64,000 nucleotides of DNA, from NCBI GenBank assembly GCA_963774415.1, contig CAVZEU010000005.1, positions 45,742-109,741 on the forward strand. The letters are read 5' to 3'. A program made the position numbers and the translations under genes. A model generated the notes under the pieces. It saw only the letters and a list, made by a program, of their open reading frames with translations. It was not told the origin of the DNA and did not search any database. Below, piece by piece: positions 53,324 to 61,012 of this stretch; position 1 is the first letter of the stretch, and each line of letters starts with the position of its first letter. Source of the DNA: an uncultured Gammaproteobacteria bacterium. GTDB taxonomy: Bacteria > Pseudomonadota > Gammaproteobacteria > Xanthomonadales > SZUA-36.

Positions 53324-53935
53324 ATGCGGAAAGACAAGTTTTTTCATGTCGGCGAACTCGGCGAATCCCCGCCGCAGCCGACCGAATTCGAACCCAGCCC
53401 GTTCAAGAAGGCGCAGGTGCCCCAACCGCTGCACTTCGAAGTCTGCGTGGTCGCGCACGCCGAGGAGCGGCAAAAAAAGAACGGCCTGATCCAGGTCAAC
53501 ATCCCGGGTTTCAGCCCGGTCAAGCTCTACTGCGACGAACAGACGCCGATCGGTGACGACACCGCGCCGCCCCCGCTGGCGTTCTTTTCCGCCGGCATCG
53601 CATTTTGCCTGTTGACTCACCTCAGCGACATTCTCACCGCGCGCAAGATCAGGGTGGACGCGATGCGGGTGGAGCAGCGGGTGCGATTCAAGACCAATTT
53701 GAGCACGATGCGCACCCTCGGGCACACCACCGAGGGCGAATGCGAGGGCATCGAAAGCCACGTCGTCATCGACAGCCCGGAACCGGTGGAAACCATCCGC
53801 AGACTGGTGGCCGAGGCCGAAGGCGCCTGCATGGCCCATCACGCGCTGCGCAACCCGATGCCCTGGAGTACCCGCGTCGTACACAACGGCGCCGAGATCG
53901 ACACCCGCGAAGGCAACCTGGCGCCCGGTTCCTAG
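53324..53935 (+). CDS. OsmC/Ohr-family protein with N-terminal extension
   Basis: 203 aa. APPPLAFFSAGIAFCLLTHL and AEGACMAHHAL supply the two conserved Cys contexts of OsmC. About 70-aa N-terminal extension. Confidence 0.7.
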   Translation: MRKDKFFHVGELGESPPQPTEFEPSPFKKAQVPQPLHFEVCVVAHAEERQKKNGLIQVNIPGFSPVKLYCDEQTPIGDDTAPPPLAFFSAGIAFCLLTHLSDILTARKIRVDAMRVEQRVRFKTNLSTMRTLGHTTEGECEGIESHVVIDSPEPVETIRRLVAEAEGACMAHHALRNPMPWSTRVVHNGAEIDTREGNLAPGS

Positions 53936-53968
53936 CCCACCCCTTGCGGGTTCGCTGTCAATTTGCGG

Positions 53969-54322
53969 CTAGGACAGGCTCGCCGGCAGCCTCACAACCC
54001 GGGCGATAACGTCCAGCAGTTTCGCGGTGGCCGCCAGTACCGCGCTGACCCGCGCCAGGTGCTCACGCGCACGGATCAGTTCAGCCCGGCCTGCCTGCAA
54101 TGCCGCTTCATTTTCCTTCAACGCGGCCCCGATTTCAGCCAAACCGCCATTTTCCAGGGCCAGGATCGCCTCCGACACCTCCAGCAGGGCGAAGGCCGCT
54201 TTGCGCCGAACCTCTGGCGGCTTTCCGTTCAGTGAGCGTAACCACCCGGGCGTCGACATATCCCGCCGCGTGCCGCGCAGCGCCGCCAGTGTCTGTTGCC
54301 TCAGCCGGGTGGGACTGGTCAT
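53969..54322 (-). CDS. Hypothetical helical protein (117 aa)
   Basis: Starts 9 nt after the upstream lipoprotein stop, with a GAGGTGCAGGA RBS. Ala/Leu/Glu/Arg-rich with predicted helices. No family recognised. Confidence 0.55.
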   Translation of the reverse strand: MTSPTRLRQQTLAALRGTRRDMSTPGWLRSLNGKPPEVRRKAAFALLEVSEAILALENGGLAEIGAALKENEAALQAGRAELIRAREHLARVSAVLAATAKLLDVIARVVRLPASLS

Positions 54323-54331
54323 TCCTGCACC

Positions 54332-55210
54332 TCACGTCTCCAGCGCGCTGAGCAGGTGCTCGATGTCCTGCAGAAACAGGTTCCAGCCGCCGGCCGCCGC
54401 CTTGTTTTCCACCAGCGCAATCCACCCGGTATGCATTTTCTGCGCGGCCTGGCTCAGCTTGTCGAGTGACTTGAGACGCGACACCTGGGTGAATTTCTTG
54501 ACGCGCCGGTCCGGCCAGCGGGCCGGCAATTTGCGCGCCGAGACATAATCTTCGTAAACCGGGTTGACGTCCCTCACCGTTGCGATGAACTGGGCGTCGT
54601 CGCGCATTTGCCCGACCAATGCCTGCGTCACCGCCTGTTGCAGGGCCAATTCGCGTTCGATCACGACAGCTCGAGCGGTGAGTTCATGCTGCAGCACCGC
54701 ATTGCGGTGGTTTCCAACGGTCATGGCCGCTGCCGGGGCCACCAACCCGTCAATTCTGGCGCCACCGATTTCCCTGGCCGCGATCGCTTTCTGCAGGCCC
54801 GGCAGGCGCGACAATTCACCCCTCACCGCTGCCTCGACCGACTCACCACGGCCGCTATCCAGCAGTGCGTGGAGCGCCGTGAAATAGTCCCGCAACACAT
54901 CCACGTGCGTCTGCAGGTCGTCGAGCAACTGGCGCCGCCGCTCCAATTGCCTGTCCGCGAGCGCCAACCGCTCCGATCGTTCCTGCCCGGTCAATGGGTC
55001 TCTCGCCAGGGCCAACTGGATCGAATTGGCTTCCACTGCCAGTGTGAAAGATTCTTCGATGAGTTCTGTTACGGCATCGGTATAGATGATGCCCGCGGAT
55101 GCGAAGGCGGCACCATTGGACAGTTCGGGACGGGTGGTAACACAACCGCCCAGCAGCAGGATCAGCGGCAACGCCCGGACGGCCGCGGCGACAAAGCCAT
55201 TCCCCCTCAT
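54332..55210 (-). CDS. Hypothetical all-helical lipoprotein (292 aa)
   Basis: ATG 55210 with a GGAAGGGGG RBS, giving MRGNGFVAAAVRALPLILLLGG|C lipobox; the ORF track extends to 55369. The rest is Ala/Leu/Arg/Glu-rich and coiled-coil-like. No family recognised. Confidence 0.6.
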   Translation of the reverse strand: MRGNGFVAAAVRALPLILLLGGCVTTRPELSNGAAFASAGIIYTDAVTELIEESFTLAVEANSIQLALARDPLTGQERSERLALADRQLERRRQLLDDLQTHVDVLRDYFTALHALLDSGRGESVEAAVRGELSRLPGLQKAIAAREIGGARIDGLVAPAAAMTVGNHRNAVLQHELTARAVVIERELALQQAVTQALVGQMRDDAQFIATVRDVNPVYEDYVSARKLPARWPDRRVKKFTQVSRLKSLDKLSQAAQKMHTGWIALVENKAAAGGWNLFLQDIEHLLSALET

Positions 55211-55375
55211 AACAACCCCCTTCCTGCACGGCGGCCGGAATGCGCTCCGGCCACCCAGTTTGACATCAACCCTTAACGCGCCAATGAAGTATATCGCCTG
55301 CTTGTTTTGCTTTCCAACCCCCCCGGCTATGCACACGGCCGCGGTCAGGGGCGCCTCAGGAAGCCGCAACCACCG

Positions 55376-56740
55376 CTACAACGGTGAGAAGTGCGCCGTG
55401 AAGTGCCTCAGCATCGGCGGTTGCCAATCGATTTTCACGCCCTTGAGGTCGAGCTTGCTGGCGTTGACCTCGGCCAGGCACTCGATGCAGTAATCGACGT
55501 GGCTCTGGGTGTAGACACGCCGCGGGATCGCCATGCGCACCAGGTCCATCGCCGCCGGCTTCTCCGTGCCGTCCGGCTGGCGCCCGAACATGATGGTGCC
55601 GATCTCGCAAGCCCGGATGCCGCCAAGGCGGTACATTTCGACCGCCAGCGCCTGCCCCGGGTATTGCAGCGGTTCGATGTGCGGCAGCATCGCGCGCGCG
55701 TCGATGTAGACCGCGTGCCCGCCGACGGGCTTGACGATGGGTATGCCCAGTTTGTCGAGCGCGTTCCCCAGGTACGCGGTCGAGGTGATGCGGTAGTTGA
55801 GGTAGTCCTCGTCGACCACCTCGTCGAGACCCACGGCCATCGCTTCGAGGTCGCGCCCGGAAAGGCCGCCATAGGTCGGAAAACCCTCGGTCAGGATCAG
55901 CATGTTGCGGGCATGCATGGCCAACTCGTCGTCGTTCAATGCCAGCCACCCGCCCATGTTGACCAGCGCGTCCTTTTTCGCACTCATCGTCATGCCGTCG
56001 GCATGGCTGAAAATCTCCTGGACGATTTCCTTCGGCGACTTGTCCGCGTAGCCTGGTTCGCGCAACTTGATGAAATACGCGTTTTCCGCAAAGCGGCACG
56101 CGTCCAGGAACAACGGCTTGCCGAATTCCTCGCACAACGCCTTGGTGGCCTTGATATTCGCCATCGAAACCGGCTGGCCGCCGCCGGAGTTGTTGGTGAT
56201 GGTCAGCATCACGAGCGGCACGTCGGCACCGCGGCTGACCAGCAGATCGCGCAGGCGCTCGAGGTCGATATCGCCCTTGAACGGGCGCACCAGTTGCGGG
56301 TCGAGCCCTTCCCGGTTGACGAGGTCCACCGCCTCGGCGCCGCTGGCCTCGATATTGGCGCGCGTCGTGTCAAAATGCGTATTGTTGGGTATGACCTTGC
56401 CCTTGCCGCCAACGATGGTAAAGAGAATTTTCTCGGCGGCGCGGCCCTGGTGCGTCGGAATGATGTGCTTGTACGGGGCCAGTTCCCTGAGCGCGGCTTC
56501 GAAGCGGTAGAAAGAGGGCGATCCGGCATAACTCTCGTCACCCATCTGTATGCCCGCCCATTGGCGCGTGCTCATCGCGCTGGTGCCCGAGTCGGTCAGA
56601 AAATCGATTAGCACATGATCGGAATGAAGCCCGAACAGGTTGTAATGGGCGGCCTTCAGATAGGCCTCCCGCTCCTCGACGGTGGTCATCCTCAGAGGCT
56701 CGACGGACTTGATCCGAAAGGGTTCAACGATGGTTTTCAA
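55376..56740 (-). CDS. tnaA: Tryptophanase-like beta-eliminating lyase (TnaA/TPL family)
   Basis: 454 aa. EPFRIKSVEP, DFLTDSGTSAM, PTHQGRAAE, GGGQPVSMAN, FAENAYFIK, MSAKKDALVNMGG (PLP lysine), EGFPTYGGL and LRHFTA align by eye with E. coli TnaA, closer than to tyrosine phenol-lyase. The start codon is TTG. Confidence 0.85.
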   Translation of the reverse strand: MKTIVEPFRIKSVEPLRMTTVEEREAYLKAAHYNLFGLHSDHVLIDFLTDSGTSAMSTRQWAGIQMGDESYAGSPSFYRFEAALRELAPYKHIIPTHQGRAAEKILFTIVGGKGKVIPNNTHFDTTRANIEASGAEAVDLVNREGLDPQLVRPFKGDIDLERLRDLLVSRGADVPLVMLTITNNSGGGQPVSMANIKATKALCEEFGKPLFLDACRFAENAYFIKLREPGYADKSPKEIVQEIFSHADGMTMSAKKDALVNMGGWLALNDDELAMHARNMLILTEGFPTYGGLSGRDLEAMAVGLDEVVDEDYLNYRITSTAYLGNALDKLGIPIVKPVGGHAVYIDARAMLPHIEPLQYPGQALAVEMYRLGGIRACEIGTIMFGRQPDGTEKPAAMDLVRMAIPRRVYTQSHVDYCIECLAEVNASKLDLKGVKIDWQPPMLRHFTAHFSPL

Positions 56741-56898
56741 GTGCTTTTCCCCGTGATCTGCGTTTTGCCCGGCCGCAGCCGGGCATCATGGATATTGCGC
56801 CGCATTATGCGCGCAATGCAAGCGCCGGCACCTGACTCAGGTCAACCTCGCTGGGATAGCGCGGCGGCGGCGACTCTTACCAACCCGCAAAACAAGGG

Positions 56899-57030
56899 CT
56901 AGATGTGTAAAGCCACCAGGTTGTTAACTGACAGCTTGAGGGTGCTCATGGGTGGCTGATAGTTCAGGCTGGCGTGGGGCCGATGCCAGTTGCCTGCGTA
57001 CGGGACACGCTCGAGCCGTCCTGGGCGCTC
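56899..57030 (-). pseudogene. C-terminal remnant of a DDE (rve) transposase, IS481/IS3-like
   Basis: The tail of the 65-aa ORF reads ..NWHRPHASLNYQPPMSTLKLSVNNLVALHI, i.e. the Y/W-N-x-x-RPH-x-x-L..P-P-x-S-x-L motif that ends integrase-core transposases. No catalytic core or inverted repeats are recognisable upstream. Confidence 0.55.
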
Positions 57031-57253
57031 GGCATTCGTTCCGGACGGATGCACGGTCCCGTACGCAGGTAACCGCCTTCCCCCTCCACGCGGCATGCGA
57101 GATTCAACGCCTGGACCGATGCACGCGCCCGCCGGCTGTTCAGTTCGGGTGTGGAAGCAAGGGCCGCTGAGTCGGGAACACGAACTGAACAGCCGACGAA
57201 TGAGTGCGGTTCAAAAACTCACGCGTTATTCCCAACCTTGCTGGAATTCACAG

Positions 57254-58243
57254 CTAGAGCCACTTCCGGTAGCGCAGGTAACCCAGGATCAGGGCGGCCA
57301 CGGCGATCATGATGCCGACGATGATATCGAAGGACGCCTTGTCGACCGTGCCCGGCAGGCCGGCCACGTTCATGCCCATCAGCCCGGTCAGGAACGACAG
57401 CGGCAAAAACACGGCGGCAACGATGGAAAGCAGGTACATCTTGGCGTTCTGGTCCTGGGCGATCATATTGAGGATTTCCTCCTGCGCCACCATGGCCCGT
57501 TCGCGGGCCAGGTCGAGGTCCTCCACGTAATGCGTCACCATGTTGGTCTGCTCGTACAACGCCAGGCAGTCCTGTTCCGAAAGGATCTCGCTTTGCATGC
57601 GTGACAGCTTGTCCAGCGCCACGGATTGCGGAGCGAGATAGCGGCGGATGCGGGCCGTGCGTCTGCGGATATCCGAAAAACGACCGCGCAGGCTGTTCGA
57701 AACGCTGTCCTGAATCCGCGCTTCGGTTTCTTCGAGCTCTTCCTCGATATCGTTGACGACCTCGCCGATGCGGTCGACCAGCCGTTCCGTCAGTTCGCAC
57801 AGAAAAGCGCCGCTGTCGACAGGACCCCTGCCGGTTTCCAGTTCCTGCTTGATGTCCTGAATCGACTTCAGCCGCCGCTTGCGGGCGCTGATGATCCGCT
57901 TCTGCTCGAGCCACAAGCGCAGTGACACCATGTCCTCCGCCTGGGCCTCGGGGTTGGTGTTCACCCCTCGCATGACCGCCAGTAAGCCGTCGCCGTACTG
58001 CATGCTGCGCGGCCGGATCTCTTCCTCGAGCAGCGCTTCGGCGACGGTCTGGTCGATACCGGCGTGTTGCTGGATCCATTCCTGGCCGGCGCGTGTCGAG
58101 ATATCGACGTGCAGCCACAGCACGCCGTCGCCCTTGCGCGCCGCTTCGATCTCGGACGGCTCGACAACGCGGGCATTGCCGGCGCCGTCCAGCAAAAAGG
58201 CGTGCAGCAGCCCCATGTCCGAGTAGTTGCTCGCTTTGGTCAT
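57254..58243 (-). CDS. zntB: CorA-family zinc transporter ZntB-like
   Basis: 329 aa with two C-terminal TM helices. GMN signature (LTGLMGMNVAGLPG) and C-terminal RYRKWL, like E. coli ZntB (..HRSKWL). Confidence 0.8.
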   Translation of the reverse strand: MTKASNYSDMGLLHAFLLDGAGNARVVEPSEIEAARKGDGVLWLHVDISTRAGQEWIQQHAGIDQTVAEALLEEEIRPRSMQYGDGLLAVMRGVNTNPEAQAEDMVSLRLWLEQKRIISARKRRLKSIQDIKQELETGRGPVDSGAFLCELTERLVDRIGEVVNDIEEELEETEARIQDSVSNSLRGRFSDIRRRTARIRRYLAPQSVALDKLSRMQSEILSEQDCLALYEQTNMVTHYVEDLDLARERAMVAQEEILNMIAQDQNAKMYLLSIVAAVFLPLSFLTGLMGMNVAGLPGTVDKASFDIIVGIMIAVAALILGYLRYRKWL

Positions 58244-59139
58244 CGTGATTCTCCGTTGTCAGGCTGGCCCGGTTCCCCGGCGTTGGCCACGAATTGCAAC
58301 GGCTTGTCGCTGTAGACGTGCACGTCACGCTGCGGGAATGCGATCGTAATGCCGTTTTCCCGGAACAGTTCGTCGATCCTGAAGCGAACGTCGCTGCGAA
58401 TCTGGCGCAATTGGTAAGTGCCGCTGACGCTGCACCAGAAATAGGCTTCGAAGATCAGCGCACTGTCGCCGAATTCGTCAAAGACAATGACCGGCGCAGG
58501 TGTCGTCTTGATCTCGTCGTGCTCCGCGACGGCCTGGTTCAGCAGCTCTTGCACTTTGCGCACGGGCGAGCCGTAGGCGACGCCGACCGCAACGGTCGTC
58601 CTGATGTCCTTGTCGACCAGCGTCCAGTTGACCAGTATCCGCTCCATCAGGATACTGTTCGGGACCATGATGTGGACACCGTCGACCCGGCGAATCTGGG
58701 TCGAGCGATTACCGATTCTCTCCACCACGCCCTTCGAGCCCTCGATCTCGACAAAATCGCCTATGCGGACCGGTCTTTCAGACAACAGAATCCAGCCCGA
58801 GAGGTAGTTGTTGATGACGTTTTGCGCACCAAAACCAAAACCGATGGCGACCGCGCCCGAGAGGAACGTGAAGGCCGTCAGCGGCACCTGCAGAAGGCTC
58901 AGCGAGGTCAATACGGTGCCGATGACGAACAGGATGAAGAACAGCTTTTGCATTGCCGCGACGGTGTCCAGGCTCAGACGGGTCTGGCGCATGCGGCGTC
59001 CGATCAAGCGGGCAAGCCACGCGCTGACCAATATTCCGATGACGAGCACCAGCAGAGCGGTTATGAGCAACCCCACCGTCAACACCGCGCCATCCTTGAA
59101 GTGAAGCAGGTCCTGGTTCCAGATCTGTTCGAATTCCAT
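58240..59139 (-). CDS. Mechanosensitive ion channel (MscS family)
   Basis: 299 aa. Three TM helices, then the MscS beta-domain (GAQNVINNYLSGWILLSERPVRIGDFVEIEGSKGVVERIGNRSTQIR). Stop overlaps the zntB start as ATGA. Confidence 0.85.
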   Translation of the reverse strand: MEFEQIWNQDLLHFKDGAVLTVGLLITALLVLVIGILVSAWLARLIGRRMRQTRLSLDTVAAMQKLFFILFVIGTVLTSLSLLQVPLTAFTFLSGAVAIGFGFGAQNVINNYLSGWILLSERPVRIGDFVEIEGSKGVVERIGNRSTQIRRVDGVHIMVPNSILMERILVNWTLVDKDIRTTVAVGVAYGSPVRKVQELLNQAVAEHDEIKTTPAPVIVFDEFGDSALIFEAYFWCSVSGTYQLRQIRSDVRFRIDELFRENGITIAFPQRDVHVYSDKPLQFVANAGEPGQPDNGESR

Positions 59140-59266
59140 AAGCGAATACTAACGCATGAGTGAATGGCCCTGATATTAAATGTCGCGCCTTGATAACTTG
59201 CAATTTGCCTGCCAGCCATCAACCTAGTGATGATGAATCGCATGTATTATCACATTTCTTTCGTAA

Positions 59267-61012
59267 TTGGGACGCTGTGAATTGCCGCGGATACCTTACA
59301 GGACTATTGCGGGTGTTGTGCTGGGTATGTCGTGCCTCGTTGCCGCCGCCCGGGCCGATGTGACATTTACCGGCCTCAATAGCGAGCAGGAGAAGAACGT
59401 CCGCGCGCTCACGGCCATTGCAGCGGCTGCCTGCGACTCCGCGCCCTGGCGCGTCAGGCGCCTGTTCCGTGACGCGGACGGGCAAATCCGGAAGGCCCTG
59501 GAAGCCCTGGGTTACTACGATGTCGAGGTTTCCAAATCGCTGAGCTGGAAGCAGCCCTGCTGGCACGCGGAATTCAACCTGACGGTGGGTGCGCCGGTGC
59601 AGTTGCAAAAGGTCGACATCCGGATCGAGGGGGCGGCGGCCGAGGACAAGTATTTCCTCGGCCTGATTCGCGCCGGCAGACCGAAGCAGGGCGATGTCCT
59701 CGATCACGGCCGCTACGAGCACTACAAGAATACGCTGATGAAGGCCGCCATGGCGCGGGGTTACTTCGACGCCGTTTTCCGGCGCCACCAGATCGTCGTC
59801 GACCGCGACGCCGGGCGGGCCAACCTGACGCTCGTCTTCGACAGCGGGCCGCGCTACGAGATCGGTGACATTCGTTTCACCCATGGCATCATCCGCGACC
59901 GCGTACTGAAGGGTTACAACGACATCAAGCCCGGGGAGCCCTACAACGAAAACCGGGTCAACGACCTGCTGGCCGCGTTGCGCGGCAGCGGCTACTTTGA
60001 ATCGGTGCTCCTCAGCACCAAGCCGCTGGACCGCGTGCACAAGCGGGTGCCGCTCACGATCGAGCTGACACCCAGCAAGCGCCACGTCTACACGTTCGGT
60101 GCCGGCTACGCTTCCGACCTCGGCCCGGTGTTGAAGCTGGGCTTCACCAATCGCCGGCTCAACGACCGCGGCCACCAGTTCGAGAGCCGCTTGTCCGCCT
60201 CCAGGGTGCATTCCGAACTGACGGCGGCCTACCGTTGGCCGCGCAACGACCCGCGTAAGGAATGGTACACCGTGGCCGCCGGCGCCCAGCATGAGAACAC
60301 CGACACCAGCAACAGCGACGCCTACAAGCTCGGCCTGAGCCGTACCCAGAGCCTTTCCAGTTCATGGCTGCAGACACGGTACCTGGACTATGCGCTCGAA
60401 GACTTCTCCGTCGCCGGCCAGCGGGGGTCCAGCCGCCTGCTCCTGTTCGGCATCGATTGGGAATTCGTCGAAGGGCGTGAGCTGAGCCGGGTCCGGCACG
60501 GCCGCCGCTTCGATTTCGATATCCGCGGCGCCAGCGACGCCGTGGGTTCGGACACCAGCTTTCTGCAACTGCGTACCAGTGCCAAGTGGGTACACTCCCT
60601 CGGACCGCGCACGCGCCTGCTGAGCCATGCCCGCGCCGGCTACACGATCAAGCAGAAGTTGCAGTCCCTGCCCGCTTCGGTGCGTTTTTTCACCGGCGGC
60701 GACCGCAGCGTCAGGGGCTACGCCTACAATTCCCTGGGCCCGGTGGACGCAAACGGCAAGGTCGTCGGCGGCTCGCGCTTACTCGAGGGCGGTCTCGAAC
60801 TGGAGCAGATGGTTTCCGCAGACTGGGCCGTAGCCGCCTTTGCCGACAGCGGCAGCGCTTTTAGCGGCGCCAACCCCGATTTTTCGACCGGCGTGGGTCT
60901 GGGGCTGCGCTGGTACTCGCCGATCGGCCCGGTGCGGCTGGATTTCGCCCATCCGCTCGACGGCTCGGGCCGCGATATCCGTCTCCACATCATCTTCGGG
61001 CCGGACCTGTGA
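59267..61012 (+). CDS. tamA: Translocation and assembly module outer-membrane subunit TamA (Omp85/BamA family)
   Basis: 581 aa with POTRA-like N-terminal repeats and an Omp85 barrel (RFFTGGDRSVRGY, GVGLGLRWYSPIGPVRLDFA). Followed by a tamB-like gene with a GTGA overlap. Start uncertain (TTG 59267 or TTG 59282). Confidence 0.8.
   Translation: MGRCELPRIPYRTIAGVVLGMSCLVAAARADVTFTGLNSEQEKNVRALTAIAAAACDSAPWRVRRLFRDADGQIRKALEALGYYDVEVSKSLSWKQPCWHAEFNLTVGAPVQLQKVDIRIEGAAAEDKYFLGLIRAGRPKQGDVLDHGRYEHYKNTLMKAAMARGYFDAVFRRHQIVVDRDAGRANLTLVFDSGPRYEIGDIRFTHGIIRDRVLKGYNDIKPGEPYNENRVNDLLAALRGSGYFESVLLSTKPLDRVHKRVPLTIELTPSKRHVYTFGAGYASDLGPVLKLGFTNRRLNDRGHQFESRLSASRVHSELTAAYRWPRNDPRKEWYTVAAGAQHENTDTSNSDAYKLGLSRTQSLSSSWLQTRYLDYALEDFSVAGQRGSSRLLLFGIDWEFVEGRELSRVRHGRRFDFDIRGASDAVGSDTSFLQLRTSAKWVHSLGPRTRLLSHARAGYTIKQKLQSLPASVRFFTGGDRSVRGYAYNSLGPVDANGKVVGGSRLLEGGLELEQMVSADWAVAAFADSGSAFSGANPDFSTGVGLGLRWYSPIGPVRLDFAHPLDGSGRDIRLHIIFGPDL

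Noticed and set aside
56741-56810. Possible TnaC-like leader peptide upstream of tryptophanase (a 21-codon ORF, MMPGCGRAKRRSRGKALENHR).
   Set aside because: It has no Trp codon and no resemblance to TnaC. It overlaps the tnaA start out of frame and has no RBS. Only the hairpin is real.
57219-58328. 369-aa ORF overlapping zntB in another frame.
   Set aside because: Its composition is Arg/Gly/Pro-rich. The ZntB frame has the GMN motif, TM helices and a coupled ATGA junction with the MscS gene.
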